64,000 bases of DNA from Longimicrobiales bacterium (GTDB taxonomy: Bacteria > Gemmatimonadota > Gemmatimonadetes > Longimicrobiales > Gaopeijiaceae): assembly GCA_965248195.1 (NCBI GenBank), contig CBDFIQ010000002.1, positions 1,024,001 through 1,088,000 of the forward strand, read 5' to 3'. Shown here one piece after another: positions 58,797 through 64,000 of the stretch; the first letter of the stretch is position 1; each line of letters opens with the position of its first letter. Below the pieces are notes generated by a model that saw nothing but the letters and a program-made list of their open reading frames with translations, made no database searches and was not told where the DNA came from. Made by a program: the position numbers and the translations under genes.

Positions 58797-59800
58797 CCCT
58801 CGTCGGGGAATTCGATCTGATACGCGACCTCTTGAAAAAGGTGAACCCGGCGGTCCCCGCCGGCGCCGACGCCGGGACCAAGGTTCCCGAGGGGGGTGGG
58901 GTGTGGTTGGGTGCCGGCGACGACGCGGCGGTCGTCGATGCGGGGCGGTTGGTGGTGAGCACAGATCTGACCGTCGAGGACGTACATTTTCGCCGGAGCT
59001 GGGTGACGTTTGCCGAGGCCGGCGCGCGCGCCGTCACGGCCGCAGCGAGCGATCTGGCGGCCATGGCGGCCACCCCCGTTGCAGTGCTGATCTCGTTGGC
59101 CGTCGCTCCCGACGAGGCTCAGGCCGTTCTGTCCGAGCTCGGTGACGGGATCAAGGCGGCCCTGAAGGAACTTGCTGTGCCCTTGGTGGGCGGCGACCTG
59201 GCCGCGTCTCCCGGACCGGTCGTCATCGACGTGACGGTCGTAGGGAAGGCCAAGGAGCCCGTCACGCGAAGCGGGGCGCACGCCGGCGACGAGCTTTGGG
59301 TCACGGGCGTGCTCGGGGGGAGCGCCGGAGCGGTACGCGCTTGGCGGGACGGGGCCGAGCCCGCTCCGAGCCTTCGGGCGTCCTTCGTCCGGCCTACGGC
59401 CCGGATCAAAGAGGCGCGGTGGCTGCTCGACCGGGTTCAAGTACGGGCTATGATCGACCTATCGGACGGGCTGGCGGGCGACGCTCAACACCTGGCCGCG
59501 GCGTCCGGTGTGCGCATCGTACTCGACCTGCGACTCGTCCCGGTCCACCCCGATCTCCCCCTGGAGGACGCGCCGTCCCTGGCGATGTCGGGAGGGGAGG
59601 ATTACGAACTCTGCTTCGTCGCACCGCCGGGCGTGACCGGCCCGTGGACGGACGAGTTTCAAGAGCAATTCGGGATCGGACTGACGTGCGTGGGCCACGT
59701 GGAGGAGGGCACAGGGGTCGAGGTCGTCGGCACGACCGATGGGCAGGACCCTCTCACCGGGGGCTTCGACCACTTTTCCGCCCGTGAGGGACCGTTCTGA
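58793..59800 (+). CDS. thiL: Thiamine-monophosphate kinase
   Basis: GEFDLI, GDDAA, VHF, SDLAAM, DLSDGL, GGEDYEL; ATGA overlap with nnr. Confidence 0.95.
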   Translation: MTLVGEFDLIRDLLKKVNPAVPAGADAGTKVPEGGGVWLGAGDDAAVVDAGRLVVSTDLTVEDVHFRRSWVTFAEAGARAVTAAASDLAAMAATPVAVLISLAVAPDEAQAVLSELGDGIKAALKELAVPLVGGDLAASPGPVVIDVTVVGKAKEPVTRSGAHAGDELWVTGVLGGSAGAVRAWRDGAEPAPSLRASFVRPTARIKEARWLLDRVQVRAMIDLSDGLAGDAQHLAAASGVRIVLDLRLVPVHPDLPLEDAPSLAMSGGEDYELCFVAPPGVTGPWTDEFQEQFGIGLTCVGHVEEGTGVEVVGTTDGQDPLTGGFDHFSAREGPF

Positions 59801-59988
59801 CGGGCTTCGCGATGCGCTCGGTGACGCTCTCGCCTACGGGGCGGCGAGGGACGGACCTCGCGCCTACCGGGAGAACCGCCTTTGGACGATGTTCCGGAGC
59901 CATTGAGGTCGAGTTCCGACCCATCCTGAGCCAGGAACTGACCGTCCCGCGGACCGAGCGGTGGATCAGTCACAAGAAGAGCGAGTAA

Positions 59989-61272
<1,284 letters not shown>

Positions 61273-61308
61273 GCCGGCGGATCTCGTGAGGCGACGAAGG
61301 CGACGGCC

Positions 61309-61614
61309 GTGAAGCGGCTCATCCTCCCTGCGCTGATCGGGCTGTCCGTCTACTTCGCGTTGTTCGGGGGAGAATACTCTGTATTCGAGGTCAGACGTGT
61401 TCGAGCCGAGAGAGTCGAGCTGGAGGAGGCGCTCGTGGCTTTGGAGCAAACCAACGACTGTCTGCGGGCGTGGGCGGAGGCCTTGCAGTCGGACTCAGCG
61501 ACCATCGAACGTTTGGCGCGAGAGCGCTACGGGATGATTCGAGCGGGAGAGGTCCTTTACCGCTTCACCGAAACTGCCGACTCCGTCCAGAATCAAGATT
61601 CGGACTGTCGCTGA
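61309..61614 (+). CDS. ftsB: Septum formation initiator FtsB/DivIC
   Basis: TM plus coiled coil plus IERLARERYGMIRAGE; follows eno. Confidence 0.88.
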   Translation: MKRLILPALIGLSVYFALFGGEYSVFEVRRVRAERVELEEALVALEQTNDCLRAWAEALQSDSATIERLARERYGMIRAGEVLYRFTETADSVQNQDSDCR

Positions 61615-61615
61615 C

Positions 61616-62578
61616 CTAGTCCTCGTCCACGTCGCTCTGTTCAGCACCCTCAGTCGTGGGAACGGCTTGTTCACCCGGTGAGGACGCGCCGCTGCCAATT
61701 CCCAAAAGGGCTTTGGCCGCATCGGTGAGCATCGCCGCGTCGGCACCGGCGGGTAGCGCGTCATCCGCCGCTTCCGCTCCGAGTGTCTTCGAGCCAACTC
61801 CCCCTCCCCCCAACGCCTTGTACCGCTCACCAGCTTCCACGATCGGCTTGAAGAGGTCCATGGGGATCGGGAACACGGTGGTCGAATTGTTTTCGGCGGC
61901 GATCTCCACCACGGTTTGGAGAAATCGCAACTGGATGGCTACCGGGTAATCCTGGATCAACTTGGCGGCCTCGGCGAGCTTTATCGCCGCTTGCGCCTCG
62001 CCGGCAGCGGCGATGACCTTCCCCCGTCGTTCCCGTTCCGCTTCGGCCTGCCTCGCCATCGCTCGCTTCATCTCCTGGGGGAGATCGATGTCCTTGACCT
62101 CTACGGCCGTGACCTCGATGCCCCACGCATCGGTGCCCTCGTCGATGATGTCGCGGACCACCCGGTTGATCTGTTCGCGTTCCACGAGGATTTCGTCCAG
62201 CTCCGACTGCCCGATGACACTGCGCAAAGTGGTTTGCGCAAGCTGGCTGGTCGCGAAGTAGTAGTCTTCGATCTCTACCACCGCCTTGGCCGGGTCGGTG
62301 ACACGGAAATACACGACCGCGTTGACCTTCACGCTGACGTTGTCCTTCGTGATCGTATCCTGTGGAGCGATGTCGAGCGCCACGATCCGAAGGTCCATCT
62401 TTTTCATGCGCTCGATCCCGAACGGGACCAAAAAGATGAGTCCGGGTCCCTTGGCCCACGTGAGCCTTCCGAGCCTGAATACGACGCCACGCTGATACTC
62501 GAACAGGATGCGCAGGCTCGTGAGCAGAGCCACTCCTCCGACGATGGCGGCCACGCCGAGCAGGGAACCGAAGTCCAT
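61616..62578 (-). CDS. SPFH/stomatin (slipin) family protein
   Basis: [45 protein letters not shown]. Confidence 0.94.
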   Translation of the reverse strand: MDFGSLLGVAAIVGGVALLTSLRILFEYQRGVVFRLGRLTWAKGPGLIFLVPFGIERMKKMDLRIVALDIAPQDTITKDNVSVKVNAVVYFRVTDPAKAVVEIEDYYFATSQLAQTTLRSVIGQSELDEILVEREQINRVVRDIIDEGTDAWGIEVTAVEVKDIDLPQEMKRAMARQAEAERERRGKVIAAAGEAQAAIKLAEAAKLIQDYPVAIQLRFLQTVVEIAAENNSTTVFPIPMDLFKPIVEAGERYKALGGGGVGSKTLGAEAADDALPAGADAAMLTDAAKALLGIGSGASSPGEQAVPTTEGAEQSDVDED

Positions 62579-62669
62579 GATGCACCACCTCCGAAGGCAG
62601 AGTGATCAGTGGCTGACGCGCGCCTGATGCGCCCCTCCCGTCTACCCCCGGAAGGCAAGGATGGCTCCA

Positions 62670-62698
62670 TTGACACCCCCTGATACTCGTTTGAGCTT
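62670..62698 (+). promoter_or_regulatory. Putative tRNA promoter
   Basis: TTGACA-17 nt-GAGCTT, 18 nt upstream of the tRNA. Confidence 0.5.
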
Positions 62699-62716
62699 TG
62701 AAGGCTTGAGCAGCAA

Positions 62717-62790
62717 GGCGGAGTAGCTCAGCTGGTTAGAGCAGCGGAATCATAATCCGCGTGTCGGGGGTTCGAGTCCCTCCTCCGCTA
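62717..62790 (+). tRNA. tRNA-Met (CAT), elongator type; CCA not encoded
   Basis: Acceptor GGCGGAG/CTCCGCT, D-arm GCTC..GAGC, anticodon stem GCGGA/TCCGC around ATCATAA, T-loop TTCGAGT; lacks initiator features. Confidence 0.93.
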
Positions 62791-62793
62791 TCG

Positions 62794-62821
62794 AAGGCCC
62801 GGGCCGATGGCCTGGGTTTTT
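62794..62821 (+). terminator. Intrinsic terminator after the tRNA
   Basis: GGCCCGGGCC-GAT-GGCCTGGGTT followed by a T run. Confidence 0.75.
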
Positions 62822-62936
62822 CACTTGCTCCCCCTCCCGGTAGCGGGCGGGGCACAAACATCGGTAAGTTTCTTCTTTGAATGGGGAAGCGGATCATCGC
62901 ACACACGTGTAGTCGAGTCATCCAGGAGTTCGGGAC

Positions 62937-63452
62937 ATGAGCGATCGGGCAACGACCCTACTCACAGGGCGAAGAGAAAAGCTCGAGCACGCTTTGGGCC
63001 GCCCCCTCGCTCTTCCGGAGCCCGCCCGCGGGGCCGACCTGTCGGAGTCCGAGCGGGAGCACCTACGCGACGCGGCAACCGACCTTTATCTCAATGAGCT
63101 CGCCTGGGAAAACATCACCGATGAAGAACAGGTCGAGGGCGAACCTCTCGCGGAGCTCGCCTTCCCAGGACTTCTCGCCTTCATCCAGGGTCTTCTTCTG
63201 GAGCAGGTCATGCCGGACTCTCTCGCACCTGCAAATCCGAGGCCGGAGATCGTGGAGGATGTCGTGAGGTTCTTGGCCGAGCGGGTCGTGGCCCTTCAGG
63301 ACGAGATGGGGGGACCCGGTGAGGGGGAGGCCGAGCAGCAGGCACGTGACCTCGCCTTGACGGATCGCCTCCTCGACCTCGTGCTGTTCCGGCTGCACGG
63401 CGTGGATCCGGCGGATGCCGAGGGCTTCAGGGACGCGGCGCAGGCGTCCTGA
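62937..63452 (+). CDS. Hypothetical acidic helical protein
   Basis: 171-aa ORF with SD AGGAG upstream; no recognisable motif. Confidence 0.7.
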   Translation: MSDRATTLLTGRREKLEHALGRPLALPEPARGADLSESEREHLRDAATDLYLNELAWENITDEEQVEGEPLAELAFPGLLAFIQGLLLEQVMPDSLAPANPRPEIVEDVVRFLAERVVALQDEMGGPGEGEAEQQARDLALTDRLLDLVLFRLHGVDPADAEGFRDAAQAS

Positions 63453-63464
63453 ACGCCGTGCCCG

Positions 63465-64000
63465 GTGACGCACCCTCGTTGGCCCCGCCCCGGTTGCCCG
63501 TACCTGGAGGGTAGCCCGCTCTTCATCGCGCACCGCGGAGGCGGAAAGGTTGCCCCTGAGAACACGATGGAGGCCTTCCGACTTGCAGTGGAGACGTGGG
63601 GAGCGGACATATTGGAGACCGACGTGCGCCTCACTTCCGATGGTGAAGTCGTCTTGATCCACGATGCGACCGTGTGCCGTACCTGCGACGGTGAGGGGAC
63701 GGTCGCGGAAATGCCGTGGAATCGGTTGAGGGCGTTGGATGCGGGATACCATTTCCGGGACCTCGCCGGTGAGACGTCTTTCCGGGGAAACGGTGTGTCC
63801 ATTCCCCGATTCGAGGAGGTTCTCGAGGCGTTTCCGGATACGCGGCTGAACGTCGAGACCAAGTGTAGGGAAGTGGCGCAGCCGCTCGTGGAGATCATCC
63901 GGCGGCACCGTGCTCAGGATCGGGTCCTGATCGCAGCTGAAGTGGAAGCGCACCGTAGCGAAGTGCGCGGGTACGGAGGGCCCTGGGGGGCGTCCCGCAG
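63465..64000 (+). CDS. Glycerophosphodiester phosphodiesterase, 3'-truncated by the window edge
   Basis: Not in the ORF track; translated manually: IAHRGG..APENTMEAF, ETDVRLTSDG..VLIHD, LNVETK. Confidence 0.92.
   Translation, partial: MTHPRWPRPGCPYLEGSPLFIAHRGGGKVAPENTMEAFRLAVETWGADILETDVRLTSDGEVVLIHDATVCRTCDGEGTVAEMPWNRLRALDAGYHFRDLAGETSFRGNGVSIPRFEEVLEAFPDTRLNVETKCREVAQPLVEIIRRHRAQDRVLIAAEVEAHRSEVRGYGGPWGASR

Noticed and set aside
62717..62790. tRNA as an integration site, or as initiator/Ile2 tRNA
   Set aside because: No integrase or duplicated 3' end nearby; no C1:A72 mismatch or three consecutive G-C anticodon-stem pairs. Ile2 is not formally excluded, but the sequence fits elongator Met better.

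Overview
High-GC bacterial chromosomal segment made almost entirely of core housekeeping genes, nearly all on the + strand. Gene content and order suggest a diderm bacterium, most likely Gemmatimonadota (inference, not a database result). It carries about 55 CDS, one tRNA-Met(CAT), a perfect Rex operator and several sigma70-like promoters. No prophage, CRISPR array, transposase or defence island is visible. The most unusual signal is a ~321-bp non-coding element present twice (26341-26662, 40675-40995). It has ~31-bp terminal inverted repeats, TA flanks and a covarying tandem-G.A 'zipper' hairpin, with a related hairpin on the opposite strand. One copy split an ancestral mutS2/dnaG ATGA overlap, and short end-like footprints occur at other stop codons. 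Other points of interest: an Lnb/DUF4105-type gene coupled to lnt, an ino1 plus CDP-alcohol phosphatidyltransferase pair, an orphan partner-switching module with a Cys-rich kinase, several proteins with expanding acidic repeats, and possible leaderless mRNAs. Many start codons were moved from the ORF track using SD, overlap or promoter evidence.
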